Of a stretch of 48,259 nucleotides of DNA, positions 10,403 to 21,499 are shown one piece after another (the first letter of the stretch is position 1; every line of letters begins with the position of its first letter). This DNA comes from Methanotrichaceae archaeon. GTDB lineage: Archaea; Halobacteriota; Methanosarcinia; Methanotrichales; Methanotrichaceae. The DNA is taken from the NCBI GenBank assembly GCA_963754945.1, contig CAVWIG010000035.1, forward strand, positions 1 through 48,259. The letters are read 5' to 3'. The translations under genes were made by a program, and so were the position numbers. The notes below the pieces were generated by a model that made no database searches, was not told where the DNA came from, and worked only from the letters and a program-made list of their open reading frames with translations.

Positions 10403-10820
10403 ATAGGTGATCGTCTCTATACCACGATGAGGGTGCCAGGGAAACCCTTTGAGATAGTGCTCTGGAATATCGGACCGGAAATCATCCAGGAGCAAAAAGG
10501 GGTCGAACATGGGAACCTGGCTGTACCCAAACGCCCGTTTGAGGTGGACCCCGGCTCCCTCAATCGTGGGTTTGCTCTTCAGGACCTTGGCGATCTTTCT
10601 AGTTTTAATCACTCTTTATCCCCCGTGATATGAAATCAATATTTGATCCTCTGCTTCTTCTGAAAATAACGCCCTTTAATACACATCTACTTTAAGAGCT
10701 GCCTAGGAGGGGCTCGGCCTCTTAAAGGGGTTTAGGCAGGACCACGAGTTGCATTAGCCCTTCTTGGTGGCCGATCAATCGCGGAACTGCTTGTTCGCCG
10801 AAAACCCCGTGGTTCCTCTA

Positions 10821-11453
10821 CTAAGCAAGCCCAATCTGCTTCATGAACGTTAGATTGTCCCAGAACAACCACTCTTCGTTCATTACTCCGTCTTTCCAAT
10901 GCCCTACGGTGCACATCGTGATCTTGAACGGCTTTCCAGTCGGCTGGATCGTCTTGCCATCTGCCGAGGGCATTGGTTTAGTGAATGTCCCCTCCATTAT
11001 TCCAATAACGGCCGTCCAGTCTCCCGAACCGAACTTCACCGTGTGGACCTTTATCCGAGTATCCGGTGCGTAGACAAACATAGCCTTTAGATCCGCGATG
11101 TGTCTGTCGATACCCTCAGTTTGGTGTCCGTCGGGCCAGTGCACAACTACGTCCTTGGAGTGGCTCTCATGCAGCCGCTCCCACTGTTGCTGAGTGAAGA
11201 CAACGTAATCCAGTGTGTCGAACGTGGCGATGTTGGCGGCAACGGCTTTCGCATCTGCCTCGTATTGAGCCAACGTAGTATTGTTGCCTACAGTTTTGGT
11301 TGTATTGTTGCCTATAACGTAGGTTGTATTGTTCAACGGTGTTACCTTGCTTGTGTTGTTGAGAGCTACCGGTTTCTCTGCATAAGCCACTCCCAAAGAG
11401 ACAGCTATTAGCACGGAGAAAAGCACTAATCCGTATTTAATCGAACTCTTCAT
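10821..11453 (-). CDS. Secreted SnoaL-like ester cyclase / NTF2-fold protein
   Basis: Signal peptide; FDTLDY.VF..QQW..LHESH..DVVVHWPDG..TEGI..H, GTFTKPM, WKDG...EE.LFWDN. Confidence 0.85.
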   Translation of the reverse strand: MKSSIKYGLVLFSVLIAVSLGVAYAEKPVALNNTSKVTPLNNTTYVIGNNTTKTVGNNTTLAQYEADAKAVAANIATFDTLDYVVFTQQQWERLHESHSKDVVVHWPDGHQTEGIDRHIADLKAMFVYAPDTRIKVHTVKFGSGDWTAVIGIMEGTFTKPMPSADGKTIQPTGKPFKITMCTVGHWKDGVMNEEWLFWDNLTFMKQIGLA

Positions 11454-12111
11454 ATTACATCCCTTTTTTATCAATCTGTTTCCACGGCACGGGGATTCAC
11501 CCGTGCCCGCTCTACGCTCTTATTAGGTTACTTCAGTATACTACATTTCCATGAGCGGCACCATCTCGCCGCTTGTGTATGACCATTTCAATTACTTTGT
11601 AGACTATTCCTCACCTAAGTCTTTAAAATTTAATAAGGTCTTATTTCGATATAAGACTATCTCGGCAGGTGGCTGATGTCGCAGAAAGGCTTGCAGCAGC
11701 TTTTAGTGAATTGCAACAGGACCCCTATTCTGAGCCGACGAATTGTCCAGGATTGGGCAAGCCTCTACGATTCGGTTTTCTCATCGATCAAAAAGTGCTG
11801 CTGTAATTTATAGTCAAGCTCCAAAAGAGTGAAACTAATTAATCGCAATAGACAGTTTCATCGATTAGTACAGATCCTTGGTTTTCGACTATAGATCTTT
11901 CACGTAGATATTCCATAGTTCTGGCGATCAAGATGATCGAGACGGCATAGGATGCCAGCAACATAATCAGGTCCATCAGAATATAACCTTCGATTGATGG
12001 CTTGAGAAGCGGACCCAATCTGGAGATAACTTTAATTATCTCGCAGACGGCAAGTCTCCATCCTAATATCCTAGATAACCAGGTAGTTTAGAGGCCAGAG
12101 GAGAAACCAAG

Positions 12112-12660
12112 ATGCAGGAGACGCTTGAAGAGGTAGGCTCACGTCTTCGGGAGTTACGGGAGCTCTCGAAGGTCACTGTTGAGGATATGGCGGATTATCT
12201 CAAGATGCCCGTGGAGAAGTACAACTGCTACGAGGACGGAAAGCTGGACATCCCGGCCAGCTCCTTGATCGAGATCGCACGAAAGCTCGACGTAGACATG
12301 GGACTGCTGCTCACAGGTCGGGAACCCAAGATGAACATATTCACTGTGACCAGGGCTGGTGAAGGAGTGGAGATGGAGCGCCGTAAGCAGTACAATTACC
12401 AGAACTTGGCTGGCAAGTTCGTCCATAAAAAGGCCGAGCCATTCATTGTCACCATCAAGCCTCGTAAGGGGACCCTTTCCGATTATAGCCACCCAGGACA
12501 AGAGTTCGAGTACGTGCTCGAGGGAACTCTCAAGATTCACATCCATGACCACGAAATAGTACTGAACACTGGGGATTCCATCTTCTTCGACTCGTCATAC
12601 AAGCACGCTATGGAAGCCCTGAATGACAAACCGGTCAAGCTGCTGGCTGTTGTAATGTAG
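12112..12660 (+). CDS. XRE-family HTH regulator with C-terminal cupin sensor
   Basis: N-terminal HTH (RLRELRE..YEDG..DIP), [19 protein letters not shown]...H; heads the operon. Confidence 0.92.
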   Translation: MQETLEEVGSRLRELRELSKVTVEDMADYLKMPVEKYNCYEDGKLDIPASSLIEIARKLDVDMGLLLTGREPKMNIFTVTRAGEGVEMERRKQYNYQNLAGKFVHKKAEPFIVTIKPRKGTLSDYSHPGQEFEYVLEGTLKIHIHDHEIVLNTGDSIFFDSSYKHAMEALNDKPVKLLAVVM

Positions 12661-12680
12661 GATGCCAAAGAGGGATACAG

Positions 12681-14576
12681 ATGTCATTGCTGAATAGATT
12701 CGTCTCCCAGGTAGAATTTCAATCTTATGAAGATTTCAAGCAGAACTTCAAGATAATCGTTCCAGAGAACTTCAACTTTGCCTTTGACGTTGTGGACGTC
12801 TATGCAAAAGAAGACCCGAAAAAGATGGCCCTGGTTTGGTGCAACGACCGAGATGAAGAGAAGCTCCTGACTTTCAAGGACCTTAAAATCCTGAGCGATA
12901 AGGCTGCCAACCTCTTTCGTAAGTACGGGGTAAAGAAGGGCGACACCGTCATGCTCACCCTTAAAAGCAGGTGGGAATTCTGGGTCTGCATGGTGGGCCT
13001 TAACAAGCTCGGAGCAATATCCATCCCATCAACTCACATGCTGAAGAAGAAGGATTTTGTTTACCGCATCAAGAAAGCTGACCTGAAGATGATCGTCTGC
13101 ATCGGTGAGGACGGAGTTCCCGATGAGATTGACGGCGCCTACAAAGAGCTAGGCGATGTACGGTTGGTAAAGGCACTTGTTGGGAGCAAAGATCTCGAAA
13201 GAAAGGGCTGGGTCAACTTCGACAGAGAGCTTGAAGAGGCATCGTCGGAATTCGTCAGGCCAACTGGATCAGAGGCAACAAAGAACAGCGACATAATCCT
13301 TGCCTACTTCACCTCAGGGACCACCGGTTACCCCAAGATGGTCAAGCACGACCAGACCTATCCTCTTGGACACATCCTTACTGCGAAGTACTGGCAGAAC
13401 GTTGGAGATGACGGACTGCACTATACAGTTGCCGACACCGGCTGGGCCAAGTGCGCCTGGGGAAAGATCTATGGCCAGTGGCTGGCCGGATCGGCTGTCT
13501 TCGTCTACGATTACGACAGGTTCGACGCAGGAAGGATGATGGAGAAGATGATCAAGTACGGAGTCACCACCTTCTGCGCCCCGCCGACTATCTTCAGGTT
13601 CATGATTAAGAGCGACATGTCGAAGTACGACTTCTCTTCCATGAAATACGCAGTGACAGCCGGAGAGCCTCTGAACCCGACTGTTTACACCACATTCCTT
13701 GAGACCACCGGCCTCAAGCTGATGGAAGGATACGGACAGACGGAAACGGTTGTGTGTATTGCCAACTATTACTGGATGAACCCAAAGCCCGGGTCGATGG
13801 GTAAGCCTGCGCCCGGATACGATGTTGTGCTCGTAGGCAAGAACGACAAGGTCTGCGAGGTGGGCGAAGAAGGGGAGCTTGTCATCAAGACCGATAAGGG
13901 CAAGCCGGTTGGCCTCTTCACAGACTACCATCTGGACCCCGACAAGACGAAGAATACCTGGCACGACGATTACTACCACACAGGCGACACCGCCTGGATG
14001 GACGAAGACGGATTCTTCTGGTTCGTTGGACGAACGGACGACATGATCAAGAGCTCAGGCTACAGAGTTGGACCCTTCGAGGTTGAGAGCGCCCTGATGT
14101 CTCACGCGGCGGTCCTTGAGTGCGCCATCACCGGAGTTCCAGATCCTGTAAGAGGACAGGTTGTTAAGGCTACCATCGTTCTTACCAAGGGTTACACGCC
14201 TTCGGAGGAGCTCAAGAAGGAGCTGCAAAACCACGTTAAGACTGTGACAGCGCCGTACAAGTACCCCCGAATCATCGAGTTCGTGGACGAGCTTCCAAAG
14301 ACCATCAGCGGCAAGATCAGGCGTGTGGAGATCAGGGAGAAGGACAGGCCCTATCCGATCATAAACGCCAAGGAGTGCAAGGCCTGTGAGCGGTGTGTCA
14401 TCGATTGTCCGGCCAATGTCCTGAAGCTCGGGGAGGAGTTCAACGAGCGCGGGTACAGATCCGTGGTTTATGCAGGAGACGGGTGCATCGGTTGCGGGGC
14501 TTGCTATTACACCTGCCCAGAGCCGAATGCATTGGCGGTTCACATTCCATCCAAGGAAAAGGTAGAGGAGAATTAA
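12681..14576 (+). CDS. AMP-forming acyl-CoA synthetase fused to a C-terminal 2[4Fe-4S] ferredoxin (VorC-like)
   Basis: [44 protein letters not shown], then in frame CKACERC...CP and CIGCGAC...CP. Confidence 0.9.
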   Translation: MSLLNRFVSQVEFQSYEDFKQNFKIIVPENFNFAFDVVDVYAKEDPKKMALVWCNDRDEEKLLTFKDLKILSDKAANLFRKYGVKKGDTVMLTLKSRWEFWVCMVGLNKLGAISIPSTHMLKKKDFVYRIKKADLKMIVCIGEDGVPDEIDGAYKELGDVRLVKALVGSKDLERKGWVNFDRELEEASSEFVRPTGSEATKNSDIILAYFTSGTTGYPKMVKHDQTYPLGHILTAKYWQNVGDDGLHYTVADTGWAKCAWGKIYGQWLAGSAVFVYDYDRFDAGRMMEKMIKYGVTTFCAPPTIFRFMIKSDMSKYDFSSMKYAVTAGEPLNPTVYTTFLETTGLKLMEGYGQTETVVCIANYYWMNPKPGSMGKPAPGYDVVLVGKNDKVCEVGEEGELVIKTDKGKPVGLFTDYHLDPDKTKNTWHDDYYHTGDTAWMDEDGFFWFVGRTDDMIKSSGYRVGPFEVESALMSHAAVLECAITGVPDPVRGQVVKATIVLTKGYTPSEELKKELQNHVKTVTAPYKYPRIIEFVDELPKTISGKIRRVEIREKDRPYPIINAKECKACERCVIDCPANVLKLGEEFNERGYRSVVYAGDGCIGCGACYYTCPEPNALAVHIPSKEKVEEN

Positions 14577-14577
14577 A

Positions 14578-15618
14578 ATGCCGGCTCAGTTAGTTGCAGG
14601 AAACAGCGCAGTCATCGTCGGTGCAATGTACGCTGGCTGCGACTGCTTCTTCGGTTACCCAATAACGCCCGCCAGCGAGATCCTTCACGAAGCCTCCAGT
14701 AACTTTCCAAAGGTCGGCCGAAAGTTCGTTCAGGCCGAGTCCGAGGAGGCAGCTATAAACATGGTCTACGGCGCTGCATCCGCAGGTCACCGGGTCCTTG
14801 CGGCATCCTCCGGCCCAGGAATGAGCCTGAAGCAGGAGGGAATAACCTACCTGGCAGGTGCAGAGCTGCCCTGCGTCATTGTGGACATCAACAGGGCCGG
14901 GCCGGGCTTGGGCAACATCGGGCCTGAGCAGTCGGACTACAACCAGGCCGTCAAGGGCGGAGGGCACGGCTGCTACAACAACATCGTCCTGGCACCGAAC
15001 TCCGTGCAGGAGATGTGCGATTTCACTGCAAGGGCCTTCGACCTTGCCTTCAAGTATCGAAACCCCGCGGTTGTCCTGGCCGACGGCGTGCTCGGCCACA
15101 TGGTCGAGCCCTTGAAGTTCCCGGAGAAGGCCGTCATGCCCGATAAGCCCGCGTGGGCCGTCTCGGGCAACGCCCAGACGAGGCACAACCTGATCACATC
15201 GATTGCACTGGACTTCAGCGAGCTGGAGAGGCACAACCTCAAGCTCCAGGAGAAGTACGAGCGTGTAAAACAGGACGATGTTGCCTACGAAGGCTACAAG
15301 CTCGACGACGCTGAGGTTGTCCTGGTCTCCTACGGCATAAGCAGCAGGATTTCCAAGTCTGCTGTGGACAAGGCCAGAAAAGAGGGCATAAAGGCAGGGC
15401 TGTTCAGACCGGTTACTCTATTCCCATTCCCTGCCGAGGCGCTACGGGCCCTGGCCGGTAAAGGCTGCAGGTTCATCTCAGTGGAGATGAGCAACGGTCA
15501 GATGCGTGAGGACATCCGTCTGGCAACTCTATGCGCCGACGTGGACCTGGTGTGCCGTTACGGCGGGAACCTGATTCAGCTCGACCAGATCATGGAGAAG
15601 ATAAGGGAGGTGGCTTAG
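14578..15618 (+). CDS. vorB: 2-oxoisovalerate:ferredoxin oxidoreductase subunit VorB (alpha-type)
   Basis: [37 protein letters not shown]. Confidence 0.9.
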   Translation: MPAQLVAGNSAVIVGAMYAGCDCFFGYPITPASEILHEASSNFPKVGRKFVQAESEEAAINMVYGAASAGHRVLAASSGPGMSLKQEGITYLAGAELPCVIVDINRAGPGLGNIGPEQSDYNQAVKGGGHGCYNNIVLAPNSVQEMCDFTARAFDLAFKYRNPAVVLADGVLGHMVEPLKFPEKAVMPDKPAWAVSGNAQTRHNLITSIALDFSELERHNLKLQEKYERVKQDDVAYEGYKLDDAEVVLVSYGISSRISKSAVDKARKEGIKAGLFRPVTLFPFPAEALRALAGKGCRFISVEMSNGQMREDIRLATLCADVDLVCRYGGNLIQLDQIMEKIREVA

Positions 15619-15619
15619 T

Positions 15620-17068
15620 ATGGCGGCAAAGGAAAAGATTATCGGAGGACACCTTGGGATGTACGAAGAGTTCCCAAGGAAAGGAGGAGCTGCGCCCACG
15701 GCCACCCATTACTGTCCGGGCTGCGGGCACGGAATACTTCACAAGCTCATCGGCGAGGCCATGGCCGATCTGGGAATCCAGGATCGGTGTGTGGTCTTGA
15801 GCCCCGTGGGCTGCTCCGTCTTCGCTTACTACTACCTTGACTGTGGAAACATCCAGGCAGCTCACGGAAGGGCGCCGGCTATCGCCACGGGCCTTTCCAG
15901 GGCGGAGGACAACGCCATCATGATCTCCTACCAGGGAGACGGCGACCTGGCCTCCATCGGCCTGAACGAGACCATCCAGGCAGCAAATCGCGGCGAGAAG
16001 ATGGCGGTCTTCTTCGTGAACAACACTGTCTACGGCATGACAGGCGGACAGATGGCACCCACGACCCTGATTGGAGAGGTGACTGCCACCTCACCAGGCG
16101 GGCGGGACCCTAGAGACGCTGGATACCCGATCCACATCTGTGAGCTTCTTGATACCCTGAAGGCGCCTGTCTACATAGAGCGTGTCTCCTTATCGGATAT
16201 AGATCACGTCCGCAAGGCACGCCGGGCTGTTAAGAAGGCCCTGGAGATCCAGAAGGATAAGTTAGGCTATGCGTTCGTAGAGTTCCTCTCACCATGTCCC
16301 ACCATCCTCCGGATGGATGCCCAGAGCGTGATGAAGTTCGTAAATGAGCAGATGGAGAAAGAGTTCCCGTTGAAGAAGTTCCGGGAAAGATCAGGAGAAG
16401 TTCAGCCCATAATCCGCCAAGAGAACGATTTCACCAAAGAGGCCCTTGACGATATCTTCGGCTGCGCTTCTGGTGTATGCGTGGAGTTCGTCCAGGACCC
16501 TGAGTTCCAGCCAAAGGGTGTTAAGATCGCAGGCTTTGGAGGACAGGGCGTCCTTTCTATGGGCCTGGCCCTTGCCCAGGCGGCCTTCGGATCGGGACGG
16601 TTCGTGTCCTGGTACCCTGACTACGGACCTGAGCAGCGCGGAGGCACATCGAACTGCTCTGTCATCGTGTCAGGAGAGCCCATCGGCTCGCCTGTCCTGG
16701 ACCATCCGGATGTTCTCGTGGCCTTCAACCGGCCGTCGCTGGAAAAGTTCGCCTCTACGGTCAAAGAGGGTGGAGTTATCATCTACGACTCTCTGGCTGG
16801 CGATTTCATGCCGCCAAAGGGCGTTAAGGCAATATCCGTTCCTGCGACCCAGATAGCCGGGGAGAAGGGAGCACATCAGGCTGCCAACACCGCCATGTTC
16901 GGCGCGCTGATGCAGGCAGGAAACCTGGGGCTTCCAAAAGAGGCATATGGAAATGCCTTCAAGGTGACCTTCGCCAAGAAGCCCAAGCTCATACCGCTGA
17001 ACCTGGAGATTCTTGAGGCTGGAGCCCAGGCTGTTAGGGTGCTGGAGATGGTGGCGACGAAAAAGTAG
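15620..17068 (+). CDS. vorA: 2-oxoisovalerate:ferredoxin oxidoreductase VorA (beta-gamma fusion)
   Basis: [11 protein letters not shown] motif GDGD..NN..YGMTGGQ, then gamma domain [15 protein letters not shown]. Confidence 0.9.
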   Translation: MAAKEKIIGGHLGMYEEFPRKGGAAPTATHYCPGCGHGILHKLIGEAMADLGIQDRCVVLSPVGCSVFAYYYLDCGNIQAAHGRAPAIATGLSRAEDNAIMISYQGDGDLASIGLNETIQAANRGEKMAVFFVNNTVYGMTGGQMAPTTLIGEVTATSPGGRDPRDAGYPIHICELLDTLKAPVYIERVSLSDIDHVRKARRAVKKALEIQKDKLGYAFVEFLSPCPTILRMDAQSVMKFVNEQMEKEFPLKKFRERSGEVQPIIRQENDFTKEALDDIFGCASGVCVEFVQDPEFQPKGVKIAGFGGQGVLSMGLALAQAAFGSGRFVSWYPDYGPEQRGGTSNCSVIVSGEPIGSPVLDHPDVLVAFNRPSLEKFASTVKEGGVIIYDSLAGDFMPPKGVKAISVPATQIAGEKGAHQAANTAMFGALMQAGNLGLPKEAYGNAFKVTFAKKPKLIPLNLEILEAGAQAVRVLEMVATKK

Positions 17069-17092
17069 TGAGGGGTGTTTTCGCATTTTTTT

Positions 17093-17329
17093 TTATTTTT
17101 CACGCCTCTTTTTTGCATTCAAGAATGTGATGCCGACTACCTGACCCTTTTCGTACCTGATAACAGTATCATCATCGGTTAGCTCAGAGTCATCAGCGTG
17201 ACTGGGCTACTTGAAATTCAAGTATAGTACATCCGCCTCTTCATCGTAATCTATCCATATCTTCTTATAAGGAATGTCCAGCAGATGCGGCACCAATGCC
17301 GATATCCTTTCTACTTCTGCCTCAGCCAT
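17093..17329 (-). pseudogene. DUF2283-family small protein (putative antitoxin) with an in-frame TAG
   Basis: MAEAEVER..IWIDYDEEADVLYLNFK*PSHADDSELTDDD..GQVVGITFLNA; TAG at 17207-17209. Not in the ORF track. Confidence 0.75.
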
Positions 17330-17369
17330 ACTCTTTTTCTCCTCTCTATTGCTTTCATTCCCTTCTTCT

Positions 17370-18571
17370 TTATTCTTCTTTATAACCGATGAAGCCCACT
17401 ATGTACTCCCGGCCATCGCTTCCCTTGGTCAGCCTGTAATAGGCAGCTTTGTAGTAGAGTCCGGTCTTGTTTGGGTCAGAGTAGATATAATCCTCCTCGC
17501 CGACTCCATTCTTCAGGGCTCCTGCGACCATTGCCTCAACGAACCTCTTTCCGCTCACATCAGACCTGTTCATCTCGTTTGTTCCAACCAGCTCAGGACG
17601 GTCGGAGTGGGCCATAACGTTTGCTTTGGTATCGATGACATATAGGGCGATATCGGGATTATCTTTATAGCTGCGGGCACCTGCGGTTATATTGGCAAAA
17701 GCGCTGGATGCATTTCTCTCGATGTCCGCGGAGGTCCTGTTTACGAGGTCCATGATCTGATGAGAGGTCAAATTGCTCTTGCCGTACAACACTGGCAGGT
17801 ATCTGTAAAGAATCATTTCGAAGTCGCTAATGCCACTGACCTCTTTTCCCCTCTTCGACTGGTTTAAAGCCTCCTGGAAAGCCTGCATCGTAGAGTCTGA
17901 GGTATTCCTGTTAAACGCATAATAGAGAGGCGTTTCCTTCGTTAGCTGGTAGACGACCTCGTACTTGCTGGCATTCAGGCCAGCTTTATCTGCCAGCCAT
18001 ACGCCTACAAGATCGGGATAAGCCCAGGCATCGATGGTTCCGGCCTTCAGCAAATCTATAACCTGGGTGGTATTATTCCTCTCCACAAGATTGCCTGGGG
18101 TTGCGCCAGCTTTGATCACAAGAGGCCCCTCGGCTGAATCCTTGGTGACGCCTATCTTCAGCGTCCTCAAATCTCCCGGTGAATTGATTTTGATATGTTT
18201 ATCATTCAGAGCAAGAGAACGACCTTTATGGAGCTGATCGGTCCTACCCATTTGAATAATGCCTCTCTCTCGGGAATACGTCCTGTTGAGAAGATGACTG
18301 TGTTGTTATCCTGCAGCGCCATCTGATATCCCTGATCCCAAGGCAGAAGCTTGATTTCGCTTCTATTCGAGGTCGTATTCATGTGTTCGAGCATCTTCTC
18401 CAGCAGATCCACGAAGATGCCCTGCAGCTTCCCATCTTCTTGGTAACTGAAGGGAGGAAACTGCTCGGTGATATAGACTGGATCTTTCGCTAATGTGGCC
18501 CTGTCCGCGGCCGTGGCAGATGGAATAAGCAGTGAAAGCAGAACGATGCATAAAATAGCTTCTGGCCTCAT
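17370..18571 (-). pseudogene. Family-3 ABC substrate-binding domain fused to a Cache domain, frameshifted near 18215
   Basis: TEQFPPFSY..G...DLL..PW..R.PERE..FKWVGP (18206-18571) continues in another frame (ALNDKHIKI..LYYAFN..; then YVID..AH..LVG..DVSGK.FV..Y.Y..P...K). Confidence 0.8.
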
Positions 18572-18846
18572 TAAATCCCTCAGAAGGTTTAAGGATTTAT
18601 CGTATAAACGTTTTCTGTTCAGGGTTTAAGTATTTCTATTTCTCACTACTTGTTTTATATTTAAATTATGATACGGATAATTTAAAAACTCTAAGGCTAT
18701 ATTTAATCCAAAGTCTCACTTGGTAGTCGCGGTTCGGATCTTGTCTCTACATGAACGCAGTTCCAGCCAACGTAGTGAAACTTGTTTACACTCTACAGTA
18801 ATATTTAAGCCAGCAGACCATCAAATGAGCATGAAGGGAGCTGTCC

Positions 18847-19665
18847 ATGTATATAGATCACCCAGCCTTTGAAAAACCAGAAGATAAAAATGCCAAGATA
18901 TGGCGCTATATGGATTTCACTAAATTTGCATCTCTTCTAGACACGAATGCACTATATTTTAGTCGATTAGATTACCTATCAGATCCCTATGAAGGCTCAT
19001 TTCCCCTTGCCAACATAACCAAGCGAAATAAAGGATTCACCGATGAGACCATAAAAATATATAAATCAATTTTTCCTGCCTTTGACTACGATGAATATGT
19101 AAAGCAATATATAAAACAATCCTCATGGATTAAACAGGAAGAAAGAAAGCTATTCTTTATAAATTGTTGGCATCTCAATGAATATGAGTCTCAAGCTATG
19201 TGGAATCAATATTCTAAGAATGAAGGAATAGCAATTCAATCTACATTTGATCGGTTATGCAATAGCCTCAGTAAAATCGACAGGACAATTTGGATTGGCA
19301 AAGTTAAATACATTGATTACAGGACGGAAGCTATCCCTGAAGATAATGGTCTTAAGCCCCTCTTACATAAAAGGAAAAGCTTCGAACATGAGAGAGAACT
19401 TAGGGCTATTGTCCAGCCACTTGATCCAGGACTTAAAATACCATATCATATCACCGAGGCCATAGAAGAAATACTAAAAAGACAGGGACCATCAACACGT
19501 GGAATATATTTAGGTGTTGATTTGGAGACCTTAATTGAGAGAATATACATATCTCCTCTTGCTGAAGACTGGCTTGTTAATCTGGTTAAATCAATAGCTA
19601 GTAAGTATAGCCTAGATAGAGAAGTTGAATTCTCAAGTCTTGCCGATAACAGCCCTTTGTTTTAA
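18847..19665 (+). CDS. DUF2971-like hypothetical protein (AT-rich)
   Basis: IWRYMDF.KF, LYF.R.D...DPYEG, INCWH..E.ES.AMW..Y, V.YID, KRK.FEHE.E.R. Family call from motif recall. Confidence 0.6.
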   Translation: MYIDHPAFEKPEDKNAKIWRYMDFTKFASLLDTNALYFSRLDYLSDPYEGSFPLANITKRNKGFTDETIKIYKSIFPAFDYDEYVKQYIKQSSWIKQEERKLFFINCWHLNEYESQAMWNQYSKNEGIAIQSTFDRLCNSLSKIDRTIWIGKVKYIDYRTEAIPEDNGLKPLLHKRKSFEHERELRAIVQPLDPGLKIPYHITEAIEEILKRQGPSTRGIYLGVDLETLIERIYISPLAEDWLVNLVKSIASKYSLDREVEFSSLADNSPLF

Positions 19666-19839
19666 GAATTAGGCAATTTCTGTATCTCCGACGTTTGGTG
19701 CTCGCATCGGCTGCTTCACCTTGTAATCCCAAAACCAAATTATTCCAATCTCTAACCGGACCCATGTCCGAATAAATCGTCTCTACATTCATGGCTTGTA
19801 TCCCCCCGCCAGCCCGTCTCGACCTCTACATCGTAATCT

Positions 19840-20310
19840 GTTCCCCAGTACGGACCGGCCAGGTCGCCCGTTAAGCCGTGCCATCATCCAGGATCAGGCT
19901 GGCATGTCATCCGAGTGCCCAGGCGTGGGATGATCTCGCTCTCTAAGCCCAAATGCGACAGGAGCCCTCGGCTGTCTTGAAATCTTAGTTTGAGATTATC
20001 TTCAAGGCCGATTTTCGAAGTCAGGATTCGTCCGGCTTCATTTACGGAACGCTGCTTCGGGATAGAGGATTGCTGGCTTTCCATTTACGACGGGCACAAC
20101 GCCCTTTTGTTTCATCTCCTTGGCCAGACCTGCATGGTCCGGATGGTAGTGCGTCACCAGCAGGTGCATGACATCCCTGGAGCTGCACGCGGCCTCTCTT
20201 GAGGGTGCTCTGGAATTCTGTGGAGCGTCGGGCCAGCCAGCGTCGATCAAGGGCCGGGCGGAGTCCTGGTCGACAAGGCGGTGCTTCGTTCGGTTGAGTT
20301 CATTTCACTG
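19840..20310 (-). pseudogene. Degenerate MBL-fold metallo-hydrolase
   Basis: LIDAGWP, HLLVTHYHPDHAGL, TPGHSDD-like and GDL segments in different frames. Boundaries approximate. Confidence 0.7.
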
Positions 20311-20369
20311 GCCATGAAGCTCGATATCCCCAATCCTTACATACTCAAAAGCAAATAGAATTAGAAGCC

Positions 20370-20636
20370 TTGAGGACGAAAAAGATGATGGAACTAAATG
20401 AGGAAGAGCGAAGGCTTATTGAACGTATTGCTCCTGTGCTTGAAGACAGCCTTAGATATAAGATAGTGCGCAGCATAATTGATGCTCTTCTGGAGAAGTC
20501 CTTTCCACCAGAGGAGATGCTGCATGAGGATTTAATTAAAAAGGTCGAAGAAGCTGAAAAAGATATCAAAAGCGGAAAGGGCAAGAGATACACCTATGAT
20601 GAATTCAAGAGGCAATTCTCTGCCAAGGCTGATTGA
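20370..20636 (+). CDS. Putative type II antitoxin
   Basis: Small; ends EEAEKDIKSGKGKRYTYDEF; overlaps the downstream RelE-like gene by 4 bp. Start may be ATG 20385. Confidence 0.7.
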   Translation: MRTKKMMELNEEERRLIERIAPVLEDSLRYKIVRSIIDALLEKSFPPEEMLHEDLIKKVEEAEKDIKSGKGKRYTYDEFKRQFSAKAD

Positions 20637-20920
20637 ACGAACCTCTCATGCAAGAACCCTACGATATCAAGATTGGAGACAAGCTGCGTAAGAAGATTGA
20701 AAAACTCCAGAACAAGGATACCCAATATTATAACGCTGTTATTGACAAAATATTTCAGATAGCCGAAGTTCCTCAATTGGGAAAGCCACTTCGTGGAATC
20801 CTAAAAGGAAAGAGAAGAGTGCACGTTGGCCCTTTTGTTATCATTTACGAAGTCAATGATAATTTACATGTAGTGACTCTTCTGGAATTTGCACATCACG
20901 ATGATGCTTATAAACACTAA
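20633..20920 (+). CDS. RelE/ParE-family toxin
   Basis: P.LGKPLRG.LKG.RRVHVGPFVIIYEV....V.LL...HHDDAY. Confidence 0.85.
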   Translation: MNEPLMQEPYDIKIGDKLRKKIEKLQNKDTQYYNAVIDKIFQIAEVPQLGKPLRGILKGKRRVHVGPFVIIYEVNDNLHVVTLLEFAHHDDAYKH

Positions 20921-20938
20921 TCTGCATAATTTTGGAGC

Positions 20939-21124
20939 ATGCGTTTTGATGTAGTGGTCAGAAGAGACGAGGATGGCTATTACATTGCCACTGTTCCCGA
21001 ACTACCTGGCTGTCACACTCAGGCCAAGAGCCTTGACGAGCTGATGAGCAGGATTAGAGAGGCTATTTTGCTTTATCTGGAAACGGAAGGATTCAGCACA
21101 TCAAGCAGCTTCGTAGGAGTGTAA
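20939..21124 (+). CDS. hicB: HicB-family antitoxin (short; stop may be a few codons premature)
   Basis: RDEDGYY.A.VPELPGCHTQAKSLDEL...IREAI.LYLE; GV*VVEV suggests a nonsense change near the end. Confidence 0.8.
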   Translation: MRFDVVVRRDEDGYYIATVPELPGCHTQAKSLDELMSRIREAILLYLETEGFSTSSSFVGV

Positions 21125-21128
21125 GTCG

Positions 21129-21364
21129 TTGAAGTTGAGACCTGTTGAAGCCGAGATTTTGATCAAGGCTCTTGCCAGGATCGGCGCTTTCAGCCTGTTA
21201 GGCAGAGAGGCAGCCATCTCATTATGAAACACCCCGATGGTAGGAATACAGTAAGCCCTGTGCATCCTGGAGAAGAGCTCGGACGGGGAATACTGATGGA
21301 GATAATGATAATGAGCGATGTGGGGCTTAGCAAGAAAGAGTTTTTGGAGCTGTTAGAGCGCTAA
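21129..21364 (+). pseudogene. hicA: HicA-family toxin, frameshifted
   Basis: LKLRPV.AE.LIKALARIG [2 extra nt] FQPVRQRGSHLIMKHPDGRNTV.PVHPGEELGRGIL..I....GLSKKEF. Confidence 0.8.
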
Positions 21365-21499
21365 TGGATCAAACGTAGAAGCTGGCTCTTGACTGGACAG
21401 GGCGGTTGGATGATACCGGGATGTACGGTGCATGCAAGAAATTCAGCAAGGATTGAAAGAGTCACGAAATCCGGATTGCAATAACTGTCACCTCATTGA

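Larger units (their letters stand above)
8418..10612 (-). pseudogene. Pirin-family protein interrupted by IS5 copy 2
   Basis: N-part EGAGV..DPFLLLD..GFPWHPHRGIETITY (10403-10612) joins the C-part YVLRGDVEHGDSMG..QWMTAGSGIIHQE..GPIVMN (8418-9117) once the IS and one ATAG are removed. Confidence 0.95.

Noticed and set aside
17207-17209. In-frame TAG in the DUF2283 gene as pyrrolysine readthrough
   Set aside because: No pyl genes in the window, no catalytic rationale, and neighbours are decaying; a single AAG>TAG change is simpler.
18200-18251. Programmed frameshift joining the two SBP-Cache ORFs
   Set aside because: No slippery run at the junction; a 1-bp deletion or sequencing error is more likely.
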